Shown piece by piece: positions 1 through 8,911 of a DNA stretch of 41,011 nt; positions within the stretch are counted from its first letter, which is position 1; every line of letters begins with the position of its first letter. The notes beneath the pieces were generated by a model. It had not been told where the DNA came from. It ran no database searches and worked only from the letters and a program-made list of their open reading frames with translations. The DNA lies in IMG/VR virus record IMGVR_UViG_3300044513_003182, positions 1 to 41,011 of that record. One strand, 5' to 3'. The DNA is from a virus (Duplodnaviria; Caudoviricetes). Position numbers and translations under genes: made by a program.

Positions 1-31
1 TACTTACGTTTACTATATTTGGCGCTGCCAT
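1..31 (-). CDS. 5' end of a probable virion/fibre-associated gene (MAAPNIVNVS...), truncated by the window edge
   Basis: ATG at 31 preceded by AGGAG, 13 nt after the previous stop; open to the edge of the window. Confidence 0.7.
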   Translation of the reverse strand, partial: MAAPNIVNVS

Positions 32-44
32 TTATTTTCTCCTA

Positions 45-581
45 TTATCCAAAAACTATTGCCATTGCGATGGCTTTGCCTGTTGTTACTCCGGGACCTG
101 TTGGACCTGTTGGACCTAAGGGACCTGCTGGACCTGCTGGACCTGCTGGACCTGCTGTGCCTCCCCCAGTAGGATAAATCTGCCAAGTTGTTCCATCATA
201 AACAAAATCTACAGAAACTCCAGCGACGTCCATGGTTAGATCTTCGCTAACTCCTTCAATTGTAGACCCATTTCGAGCAACAGTTAAATTATTTGTACTC
301 CAACTGGCACCATCTGCTATGGTAACGGCATCTCCTGTAGTGGGAGTAGCGGGAAGTGTAATTGTAAAAGAGCCTCCAGAAGTATCAGCAATTATACCGT
401 CATTTGCAGAAGCCGTATAGTTTGCCGTTTTAGTGGCATAAGTTATTCCTCCAGGACCGGTGGGCCCTACAGTGCCTGCATTATTGTTATTCCAAGATGT
501 ACCATTCCAAACCCACGTTTTACCATTTGCAGTATACGTATCATTTACATTAGGGTTTGCTGGAAAATCTAAAGCTGCCAT
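45..581 (-). CDS. Small fibre/baseplate-associated structural protein (T4 gp9/gp10-like beta domain, short collagen segments)
   Basis: N-terminal FPxxPxxNDTYT..WxWNGxxW module; TANYTA..DTSGGSFTITLPATP..GD..NLTVARNGSTIEG..DL domain; GPx repeats; C-terminal GKAIAMAIVFG; AAGGAG upstream. Confidence 0.75.
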   Translation of the reverse strand: MAALDFPANPNVNDTYTANGKTWVWNGTSWNNNNAGTVGPTGPGGITYATKTANYTASANDGIIADTSGGSFTITLPATPTTGDAVTIADGASWSTNNLTVARNGSTIEGVSEDLTMDVAGVSVDFVYDGTTWQIYPTGGGTAGPAGPAGPAGPLGPTGPTGPGVTTGKAIAMAIVFG

Positions 582-591
582 CTATCTCTCC

Positions 592-3500
592 TTAACTTAC
601 TGAGCTGTCTTTTCCGTTTATTCCAAAGGAAGCATCAAATTCCCAGTATACGGCGTGTTTTCCATCTTCGATAGCGGCTTCTGTATACCCGCCAATCAAT
701 AATTTATCTCCCACAGAAGTAATCGAAGTAGTAAAGTCATTTGAACCTGTACCCGTCTGATACTTCTTCCAAGTGCCCGTGCTTCGGTCAAGTATTGCTA
801 CAAAACTATCAAGAAGTCCAGAAGTTACATTATCGTCTGCAAAGAAGCCAGCACTATGCCCTACAATTGCAATTCTACCGTCGGGAAGAATTGTACTATG
901 GTGGCCATTCTGAGTTACTATATCACTTGTGCCGGAACCTGTCTGCCAAGCCTCCTGTGGAGATACTGCATCTCCCCAAACATCTGTAGAGTAATTAAAT
1001 GTAATTACACCAATATCTTCTGAACCTAGATTTGTATTTGAGCCTACCGCTCCGCTCGTAGAAAATATTGCGGCTAGCTTACTGCCTCCAATATCATGTA
1101 ACCCTACGATTCGATCATTAAATCCAGAACCCGCTTGGTAATACTCTGTCGCATGAGTAGTCATATTATGAATACCCAAAAACATATCGTATCCACCAAT
1201 ATTCGTATGGCTACCTAAATTTCCTGTAGAACGACCGCCAATCGCAATAGTACCATCTGCAAGCTCTGTAACTGTGTATATTTCTTCATCGTTGGTAGAA
1301 CCATTTTGAAAATACATGAAGTTTCCGTTAGATTTATTTACATGAAATATAATATAATCATAAACTCCAGAAGCTCCTGTATTTGTTCGTCCAATATTCC
1401 CTGAAGTTACTCCTACAGGAACCATCATTCCACCACTATGCTCTATAATATCATAGCCAAATACGTTTCCGTCATCTGCACTTCCATCTCCTTGAGTAGC
1501 AACTTGATAGAAGTTGAATAGAGAAGGAGCATAGCAATATCGTTTTCCTGCAGCCTTGTCCGCCAAGTACGTAGCACTATTTAAGTACGCTTGAACATCA
1601 TCAAGATCTATATACCCTGTCCAAAACTGAAAAGTACCATTTGGGCCGTAAGAGCCATCATAATTCTCTACACTTAAACCTACATCAGTTGTAGTAGTTC
1701 CAAGACTCGCGGGAGTATAGCTGCCTGTAGAGTCTGAAGGGGCACTAATTGAAGACAGAGTAGAAGCATTAGCTGAATCTGTAAGAGTGCTTGTTTCGTA
1801 CCACATTGCCGTAGTAGGGTTACCATCAATATGGTAGTTTCCAGTACCAAATCCATTTTGTTTCCAGCCTCGGAAAAGCATACCATCCAATCCAGAAGAG
1901 TGACTAGATTTAGAGCCTACTACTACAAAATTATCTTGAGTACCATCGTCAACAATTCCAAAAAGCTTTTCTACTCCTCCAAACGCAAGAGTATTCTGCC
2001 AACCAATACTTCCCGTATTATCATATTCTACAATTAGTCCGGAAGAGGATCCACGACCATCTCCAGTAGTTGTTCCGGCTATGTAAATACGTGGATTAGT
2101 TCCTGTTACACTATTCCAGTTTGGGTTTGTATAGTCTTCTACTAGAAGTCTATTAAACTCACAAGTTGCTAGAGAGCGTGCCCAAGTTTTTTGTACGTTG
2201 TACACTGAGCCTGTACTCTCGTCAACATTCAAAAGCATTACATACGAATTTGAATCAATTTTACCAATTACAACGTATTCTGCATTATCACCATTAACAT
2301 CCGCGTCTGAAAGATGTTTAATATCTGTAGCAACATTTGTTGTTCCTGTACCAAATGTGTTTAGCCATTGTATCATACGATTGGAAGAATTTACCTCTGC
2401 CATTCCAAATCTACTTGCAGAACCTCCATTAGTTCCAGCAAAACAGAAGCGACCATCCGTGCTTTCATTATAGCTAACCTTATTGATATTTAAGTTTGCC
2501 TGATTATTTACTTCGTATACTGTTCCATCTTCGTTAAGAGCAATTAAGGAGCAACTAGTGCCGTTGTTAAGACCAAATACAACATAGGTTGTAGCCGTTT
2601 TAACAATAGTAGTAATACCTTTAATTGTTTGCGCGCCAGAAGCTCCGTACGAGTTTGCCCAAGTAACTGCGCCATCTGTATTTAACTTCAATACAAAACC
2701 ATCAGCACTACCATTACCTGAAGTTAATGACCAAGTTGTACCATCCCAAGTCCAAGTAGAACTACTCGCGGTATAAGTATCATTTAAAGAGGGGCTGGAA
2801 GGGAAACCTGTATCATCTTGATAGGAACCAGAAACATAAATATTGTCGTTTGCATCTACATGAATATCATATCCTTCAACAGGAGCTACACTACCCCCAT
2901 CAAAGTATTTTTTCCATACTTCATCAAAGTTCTTGTCGTACTTAATAATGAAGGTATATCCATCATCATGATTTCCAAGAACATAATAGTTTTCATTGGA
3001 GTCAGTAGCAACTGCTTGATGATCTAGAACATTCGATCCATCTCGTACATTTCGTAAGAATCCATGAACTTTAATGTCTCTTTTTTGTACGAGCGCAGAC
3101 TTTGTGTATCCAGTAAGCCATACATTGCCATCACTGCTTTCGACCACTCCTGTAGTAAAATCAGCTCCTAAACCTCCAGCAACTAAATGTACGTCTTCTC
3201 CTTCTGCAGAAAAATCAAATAAACTTACAAGAATATTAGAAGATGCGGTATTGTCAATCGGCAATCCAGTTACTTGGCCGACACCACACTTAATACCATT
3301 TGAAAGCTCTATAACGTGTTCATATTCCTCTATCCCGCCTAAGCTGACCTCTTTTACTCGATAATATTGGGGACTGGCTTGAGCATACTCTAAAATTCTT
3401 TTATCCGTAGCAATGCCTTCTGGCTCTGCAGTAGTAAACTTTGTTAAGTATCCATTATCTATATCGTATTCTAAGTGACCTGTTGCTTGAGCTGCTTTTA

Positions 3501-4881
3501 CCGTAAAGCCGTGATTTGTTGAATCATAATCCAAGTGAGGGTAGCCTGCAAATGCTGCCGCAATCCCAAATGAGTACATTCCTGGGCCCGTATAGTTAAT
3601 ACCAGTACCAGACTGAGTGCCAGAAAGAATCATATAATAGCTAGTATCTGCAGAGTTATATCGAAATCCATGAACTCGAAGAGGGTTGTCGTTAGTAACT
3701 ACATTACCTTCACTTGTCCAAGTAGTACCGTTATAAGAGTGTAAAGAAACTCCACCATTTGTAGGATCGCTATATGCTACATATAAAACAGAGCCTACTG
3801 TAACACACTGGGCATCAGGGCGAGATGAAACATTTGATATAATTACTTGTCGAGTTAAGTCTCCGGCCTCTAAAGGAGTACCACTATCATAAGACCATAC
3901 TTCTAAATCAAAGTTAGAAGTGTTGGTTTGATTTGTCATTAAAACAGGAAAATATACTTTACTTCCTAGTACATCTCCACAGCTTGCACGTACTGGCCAA
4001 AACTCTTGATCCCCGCCAGTAGTATTTGGATAGCTAAATGTAGGGTCTGCTAAATCAAAAGTTCCTAAACTACTCTGAGTAGAGAAAGAACCTGAGTCAG
4101 AAGTATAGGTTCTAGAGAAAAGTTCCCACTGACTACCATCTGCAGTTATATAAAATACATGATACTTATTACTTGTACCTCGTAAAATACCTCCACTCAT
4201 ATAGTTTTTTGTTGAAGTGGAAGGAAGAGTTACATCATTGTGAGAGTTATGTGCGCCTCCAACAGAAGGTTTATGAACTCGTGCAAGCCGACTTTGATAA
4301 GGAGTTCCTCCAGAGCTAACTTTTAAACTAATTTGATACCCAAACTCTTTATCGGAAGGTACTAAGAATCCTCCCCCAGATGTAGTTTCACGGCCTTGCT
4401 CATAATCTACATAAAAAGAGGGAAGATGCTTATGGTACTGGTAATAAGACCATTCTCCGGTTCCTTCTTCTACATAGAGTCGATCCCAATAAAAAGCATC
4501 GTCGTCAGCGATATTTGCTCCCATGTGACTAAAAAAGAGGGCGTTGTCCTCTACAGTGTTTGTAATATCGTTTGTGCCTGCCCCAATATGCTCTATTGAA
4601 GAAGCATAATAAGTAGTATCTGAACCTTGCCAAGCCTCCACTAATAAAGGTATAGTACCACTTATAGTTAAGCTAGAAGCAGAGTTTAATAAAGTCTCTG
4701 CAGCGCCCCACCCATAAAGTTTTACGGTGGCTCCAGTATTTGAGTTTACAGGACTTCCAGACGCAGGAGTATAAGTAAACCAATACCCTTCTCGGTTAAT
4801 CATATTATTGATCGGAAGGGGCAGGTAAACGTCAGCGCCTGTAACAGCTAGCTCTTTTGTTATGTTCTCAAACGTAGCCAT
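592..4881 (-). CDS. Large multi-beta-propeller virion protein, probable adhesin/receptor-binding appendage
   Basis: 1429-aa ORF with repeated propeller-blade motifs (D..GN.YV.G, G..D.F..K....G...W; GSxxDE..IxxxxDG.I.IGG.S.G); lies in the fibre cassette. Confidence 0.65.
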   Translation of the reverse strand: MATFENITKELAVTGADVYLPLPINNMINREGYWFTYTPASGSPVNSNTGATVKLYGWGAAETLLNSASSLTISGTIPLLVEAWQGSDTTYYASSIEHIGAGTNDITNTVEDNALFFSHMGANIADDDAFYWDRLYVEEGTGEWSYYQYHKHLPSFYVDYEQGRETTSGGGFLVPSDKEFGYQISLKVSSGGTPYQSRLARVHKPSVGGAHNSHNDVTLPSTSTKNYMSGGILRGTSNKYHVFYITADGSQWELFSRTYTSDSGSFSTQSSLGTFDLADPTFSYPNTTGGDQEFWPVRASCGDVLGSKVYFPVLMTNQTNTSNFDLEVWSYDSGTPLEAGDLTRQVIISNVSSRPDAQCVTVGSVLYVAYSDPTNGGVSLHSYNGTTWTSEGNVVTNDNPLRVHGFRYNSADTSYYMILSGTQSGTGINYTGPGMYSFGIAAAFAGYPHLDYDSTNHGFTVKAAQATGHLEYDIDNGYLTKFTTAEPEGIATDKRILEYAQASPQYYRVKEVSLGGIEEYEHVIELSNGIKCGVGQVTGLPIDNTASSNILVSLFDFSAEGEDVHLVAGGLGADFTTGVVESSDGNVWLTGYTKSALVQKRDIKVHGFLRNVRDGSNVLDHQAVATDSNENYYVLGNHDDGYTFIIKYDKNFDEVWKKYFDGGSVAPVEGYDIHVDANDNIYVSGSYQDDTGFPSSPSLNDTYTASSSTWTWDGTTWSLTSGNGSADGFVLKLNTDGAVTWANSYGASGAQTIKGITTIVKTATTYVVFGLNNGTSCSLIALNEDGTVYEVNNQANLNINKVSYNESTDGRFCFAGTNGGSASRFGMAEVNSSNRMIQWLNTFGTGTTNVATDIKHLSDADVNGDNAEYVVIGKIDSNSYVMLLNVDESTGSVYNVQKTWARSLATCEFNRLLVEDYTNPNWNSVTGTNPRIYIAGTTTGDGRGSSSGLIVEYDNTGSIGWQNTLAFGGVEKLFGIVDDGTQDNFVVVGSKSSHSSGLDGMLFRGWKQNGFGTGNYHIDGNPTTAMWYETSTLTDSANASTLSSISAPSDSTGSYTPASLGTTTTDVGLSVENYDGSYGPNGTFQFWTGYIDLDDVQAYLNSATYLADKAAGKRYCYAPSLFNFYQVATQGDGSADDGNVFGYDIIEHSGGMMVPVGVTSGNIGRTNTGASGVYDYIIFHVNKSNGNFMYFQNGSTNDEEIYTVTELADGTIAIGGRSTGNLGSHTNIGGYDMFLGIHNMTTHATEYYQAGSGFNDRIVGLHDIGGSKLAAIFSTSGAVGSNTNLGSEDIGVITFNYSTDVWGDAVSPQEAWQTGSGTSDIVTQNGHHSTILPDGRIAIVGHSAGFFADDNVTSGLLDSFVAILDRSTGTWKKYQTGTGSNDFTTSITSVGDKLLIGGYTEAAIEDGKHAVYWEFDASFGINGKDSSVS

Positions 4882-4884
4882 TTA

Positions 4885-5253
4885 TTAGGTTCCTGAGATT
4901 GGAATACTTGGTCGAAAGTATAAGTCCGTAGTATTAAGTGCAAATCCAATGTACAATGAGCGAACAGAAGCAGTAGGAGTTGGAGGAGAGGCAGTAGGGC
5001 TACCATCGCTTCCAAGAAAGTACGAAGCGCCTGAAGATAGCCCACTTAGGCCGCTTACAACTCCTTCTCCATAATATACGTCTCCCTGCTTAAAGAGAAC
5101 TGTGTTCAACTGTGCTACAGTATTACTCGAAGAAGCATTTGTTACAGTGTTTGCTCCAGAGACTCGCACGACTTTTCCATTTGTTCCGCCCGTTAGCCCA
5201 TCTACAGTAACCGCTGTATTAGTAACAATATTCGTTGATTTTACAAAAGACAT
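4885..5253 (-). CDS. Small structural protein, capsid-cement/fibre-adaptor-like
   Basis: GVVSGLSGLSSGASYFLGSDG...IGFALNTTDL pattern typical of small phage fibre-associated beta domains; tightly packed between neighbours. Confidence 0.55.
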   Translation of the reverse strand: MSFVKSTNIVTNTAVTVDGLTGGTNGKVVRVSGANTVTNASSSNTVAQLNTVLFKQGDVYYGEGVVSGLSGLSSGASYFLGSDGSPTASPPTPTASVRSLYIGFALNTTDLYFRPSIPISGT

Positions 5254-5254
5254 A

Positions 5255-6208
5255 TTATACTCCTAGCCGGACTATTTCTAAATAGGCCGTGTCCTTTATT
5301 TGGCCCGTAGAGCCAGAATTAGATATGTAAACTTCCAAGTAATCATTGGCAGTTAAAGAATAAATTTTATCAAGATACAGAGTATCTTGTGGACCAATTG
5401 TTGTGGATTCCAGGTTTGTAGTACCATTTTTCTTTAAAGTAACTGTGTAAGAGTCTTCACTGCCTTGAGTATTTGTTTCTGCTAATATTTTGATTTGATA
5501 GTATCCAGTTACTTTTGCAGTGAGACGAGAAGGAGTTCCAGAGACATAATAGGTACTTCCTAATACATCTGCATTTTGATCGTAGTCAGTATCATCCCAT
5601 GCGATCGCAGTAGCTGTAGAAGTACAACTCTCAGCGGCTGTGAGGGTAGCTTTTGCTCCACTAAACGCGCTCCAAGTTGATATTCCAGTTCCCAAGTTTA
5701 ATCCTACTTGCGTAATTTCAAAGAAAGTATTATCACTTTCAAGCGTACCTACAGAAGTGCTTTCTGCAGCGTATACTTCTACATAGTCTCCGACTGCAAG
5801 TTGTACAATCTCATCATAAGTATTATACTGATTTGCTGCAGCAATTGAAGTTGTTAGGGCTACTCCATTCTTGTAGATTCCTAAAGTATAAGACTGTGCG
5901 GTTCCGGAAGCTCCTGCTTGTAGCTGGGCGTTTATTCTATAGAAGCCGTTCTGAGTAATACTAAATTTAGATGGAGAGCCCGAAGCCCAAAAAGAGCCAG
6001 TATCAAAATCTTCCGTGCTAAAAGAAACTGCGGAAAGAGTGCTGGTAAGACTATAGTCTGCGGAAAGAGACACACGAGCGCCTACAAAAGCACGCTTTGT
6101 AGTTCGTGTAATTACATTCCATTTCTCACCATCATACTGCCATACTGCTGAGTTATCGTCAGTATAGGTAGCATTTGTGGCTGGAGTACTTGGAAAATTA
6201 AGTGCCAT
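5255..6208 (-). CDS. Fibre-tip protein with two tandem C1q/TNF-like domains
   Basis: Two ~140-aa repeats: AFxGA..L....F/W...DFD......SxxT....GFY/GYY.I......KNG......L..GDY/NDY.EVY; N-terminal FPxxP module. Confidence 0.7.
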   Translation of the reverse strand: MALNFPSTPATNATYTDDNSAVWQYDGEKWNVITRTTKRAFVGARVSLSADYSLTSTLSAVSFSTEDFDTGSFWASGSPSKFSITQNGFYRINAQLQAGASGTAQSYTLGIYKNGVALTTSIAAANQYNTYDEIVQLAVGDYVEVYAAESTSVGTLESDNTFFEITQVGLNLGTGISTWSAFSGAKATLTAAESCTSTATAIAWDDTDYDQNADVLGSTYYVSGTPSRLTAKVTGYYQIKILAETNTQGSEDSYTVTLKKNGTTNLESTTIGPQDTLYLDKIYSLTANDYLEVYISNSGSTGQIKDTAYLEIVRLGV

Positions 6209-6217
6209 GTTTTATTC

Positions 6218-6916
6218 CTATGAAATTACGAAAACTCTTCGTCTTGCGTCTGGAGTTATTAAGGCTACTCCAACATCATTGAAGTTATTTGGGTCGGATA
6301 CATATTCCAGAGTTACTCTTTGACTAGTTGCAGTTACTATTTCATTCCAAAGCTGAAAATATAAATGTTCATTGTTTAACGATACGCTGTCACAGTACCA
6401 AGTTATCGTGTATGTAGTTATGGTTCCATTAGTACTATTTACGGTATTTGAAACCGGGGCACTAATATATTGGCCATTTAGACTAGCGTTTGAATACATT
6501 GGTATCGCAGTAGCTGTTAAATTACCGCTCGAACTCGCGGTTTCATCATCACATTTAAATAAGAATCCTACGAATCTTGTAGAGCCTCCAGTACGACTGA
6601 TATCAATATCTATTTGAAAAGACCACTGCCCTGAAGGAATTGTTCCAGTAATGGGAGGAGTTATAAATCCTCCCTGTGCTTGTACTTGCCCACTTATGGT
6701 TCCAAAGGCAAAATTTCCATTACTTGTAGTAGGGGCTGTAGAACTATAGCCGCCCTCGGAGGCATCGTGCCTCATCTGGCCATAAGTACCCGCGCTCTCA
6801 TTTCTTACACTCCAACGAGTATCAATACCAGAATTTGAGGTTTGTATACTACTTGTTAAAGCTCCTCCAGAATTATTAGTATTATCGCTTCCCGCATCTC
6901 CATACCAGATTGCCAT
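6218..6916 (-). CDS. Hypothetical beta-rich virion/fibre-associated protein
   Basis: 232-aa S/T/G/N-rich ORF in the fibre operon, 2 nt from the upstream stop. Confidence 0.6.
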   Translation of the reverse strand: MAIWYGDAGSDNTNNSGGALTSSIQTSNSGIDTRWSVRNESAGTYGQMRHDASEGGYSSTAPTTSNGNFAFGTISGQVQAQGGFITPPITGTIPSGQWSFQIDIDISRTGGSTRFVGFLFKCDDETASSSGNLTATAIPMYSNASLNGQYISAPVSNTVNSTNGTITTYTITWYCDSVSLNNEHLYFQLWNEIVTATSQRVTLEYVSDPNNFNDVGVALITPDARRRVFVIS

Positions 6917-6918
6917 TC

Positions 6919-8898
6919 TTAGCTTACCTCAATACTTATATGAAATTCGTCTACTGTTCCACTAACTGCTGTAATTTCTACCCATACCCACGCATTGTCT
7001 GCAAGAGAAGAAGATGCAATAGTTGCACTTGTACCGCTTGTAGTATTTGTTACTGTTGCTCCACTCACTACGGCTGTACCTGTTGCGCTTCGATCTGTTC
7101 CTGTTCTAACGGTATAAGTAACAGAAGGAGTACTGCTTCCTCGAAGTACTGCACGAACTTGTCCTACTGTATATGCCGCATTCGTATAGAAAAAAGTTAA
7201 ATCGTCATTTGCTAGCGGGGAAAGGACAGTTAGGCCACGAGGTGCTGCTCCTCCGGCAGGTCCAGTTGGTCCTGTTCCCCCAGCGGGTCCAGTTGGTCCG
7301 GCAACAGTCGAAGCAGGTCCAGTTGGTCCAGCGGGGCCGGCAGGTCCGGCGGGTCCACCAGGTCCGGCGGGTCCAGCAGGTCCAGCGGGTCCCGTGGGGC
7401 CAGCAACAGTAGAAGCGGGTCCGGTAGGTCCGGCAGGTCCCGCAGGCCCAGCAGGTCCAGTACCTCCAGCAGATCCAGTAGGCCCGGCAGGTCCAGCAGG
7501 TCCAGCGGGTCCGGTAGGGCCAGCAACAGTAGAAGCGGGTCCGGTAGGTCCAGCGGGTCCGGTCGGACCTGTGTCGCCCTGCTGACCAGTAGCTCCTGCC
7601 AAGTTTACAGTCCAGCTAGTAAAAGTTCCTGATCCGGAAGTTGTATCCACACTTACTACAAGAGCACCAGTTCCACTGTTGTAAGAAGTTACAGTGCCTT
7701 CCATATAATTTGAGGCACTATTTACAATTTTTACCGATTGAGTAGCGGAATAAGCAAGCCCCGTTTCAACAGTTAGAGACTTTGTGCCTGTTCCGATACT
7801 TAAAGAAGTTGTAGAAGAAGTTAAGTATCGATCGCCAACAGGTCCAGTGGGTCCCGTAGAGCCTTGTGGTCCAGTTGGTCCTGCAGGTCCTGCGGGGCCG
7901 GCAACAGTTGAATCGGCTCCAGTAGGTCCTTGTGCTCCTTGAGGTCCAGTAGGTCCAGCAGGCCCTTGTGGTCCTTGGGGCCCAGTTGGTCCCGTAGACC
8001 CTTGAGGTCCAGTAGGGCCAGTTGAGCCTGCACTTCCCGTAGGGCCTTGCGTTCCTTGAGGTCCTGTAGGGCCAGCAGGTCCGGCAGGTCCGGCAGGGCC
8101 AGCAGGTCCAGCAGGTCCAGTTCCTCCAGCGGGTCCAGTTGGTCCAGTAGCGCCTCCCGCTCCAGTAGGTCCTTGAGGCCCAGTTGGGCCCGTAGAGCCA
8201 GTAGGTCCCGTGGCTCCGGGAGTACCTGCATCACCTGTTGCGCCAGTAGGCCCGGCAGGTCCAGTGGGTCCTGGAACAGTTGAAGCGGCACCTGCGGGAC
8301 CAGTAGGCCCAGTTAATCCATCATCGCCTTGAGGTCCAGCAGGTCCGGCAGGTCCTGCGGGCCCTACTGCGGCAGTGTTTGCATCAATCCACTGGGAAGA
8401 ATTTCCATCATTATAATAGATTTTAAGAGTACCTTCCTCTTCGTGCCACCACAAGTCACCGTCACTGGGACTAGCAGGAGCTGAAGTAGAAGTTGTTACA
8501 CTTGCTCCACCGCCGCCACCGCCCGTAGGTCCAGCAGGTCCAGCAGGTCCGGTTGGTCCGGTAGGCCCAGTAGAGCCTGTACTTCCTGCAGGTCCAGTCG
8601 GACCAGTTTCACCATCTGTTATAGTAGGGTCTGAAAATAGAATCCACTGCGAAGAGCTACCGTCATTATAATAAATATACCCCTTGCCGGTGTCCGTATC
8701 TAGCCATAAAGTGCCATCTTCGGGGGTGGAAGGAGCAGTTGTACCAGATTCTACAATAACGCTGGCACTTATCTGCTTAATTGTGCCACTATCATTTATA
8801 TATAATTTCTGGGCAGAAGTATCTACTGCGACCTCGCCATTAGCAAGGTCGCTCGTAGTAGGCGCAGTAGTACCGCGCTTAAGTTTAATGGTAGCCAT
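6919..8898 (-). CDS. Collagen-like tail fibre
   Basis: Long Gly-Pro-X runs; N-terminal IKLKRG..AP....LANGE.A.D....KLY domain; two TxAP..P.DG.LW....G...[11 protein letters not shown] modules; globular C-terminus. Confidence 0.85.
   Translation of the reverse strand: MATIKLKRGTTAPTTSDLANGEVAVDTSAQKLYINDSGTIKQISASVIVESGTTAPSTPEDGTLWLDTDTGKGYIYYNDGSSSQWILFSDPTITDGETGPTGPAGSTGSTGPTGPTGPAGPAGPTGGGGGGASVTTSTSAPASPSDGDLWWHEEEGTLKIYYNDGNSSQWIDANTAAVGPAGPAGPAGPQGDDGLTGPTGPAGAASTVPGPTGPAGPTGATGDAGTPGATGPTGSTGPTGPQGPTGAGGATGPTGPAGGTGPAGPAGPAGPAGPAGPTGPQGTQGPTGSAGSTGPTGPQGSTGPTGPQGPQGPAGPTGPQGAQGPTGADSTVAGPAGPAGPTGPQGSTGPTGPVGDRYLTSSTTSLSIGTGTKSLTVETGLAYSATQSVKIVNSASNYMEGTVTSYNSGTGALVVSVDTTSGSGTFTSWTVNLAGATGQQGDTGPTGPAGPTGPASTVAGPTGPAGPAGPAGPTGSAGGTGPAGPAGPAGPTGPASTVAGPTGPAGPAGPAGPGGPAGPAGPAGPTGPASTVAGPTGPAGGTGPTGPAGGAAPRGLTVLSPLANDDLTFFYTNAAYTVGQVRAVLRGSSTPSVTYTVRTGTDRSATGTAVVSGATVTNTTSGTSATIASSSLADNAWVWVEITAVSGTVDEFHISIEVS
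7250..8370 (-). repeat. 9-nt-period Gly-Pro-X coding repeats with higher-order [14 protein letters not shown] units
   Basis: GC-rich ggtccagca/ggtccggca arrays; gggccagcaacagtagaagcgggtccggtaggtcc occurs near 7397 and 7517. Confidence 0.9.
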
Positions 8899-8911
8899 TA
8901 ATTATTCCTTA

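Noticed and set aside
7230-8291. Alternative-frame ORFs over the collagen region (LDLLD-rich and antisense GPA-rich)
   Set aside because: Artefacts of 9-nt GC-rich repeats lacking stop codons
7250-8370. Repeat array as a possible CRISPR or DGR template/variable pair
   Set aside because: Repeats are coding Gly-X-Y triplets without unique spacers or adenine-specific mismatches; no cas or reverse transcriptase gene in the window
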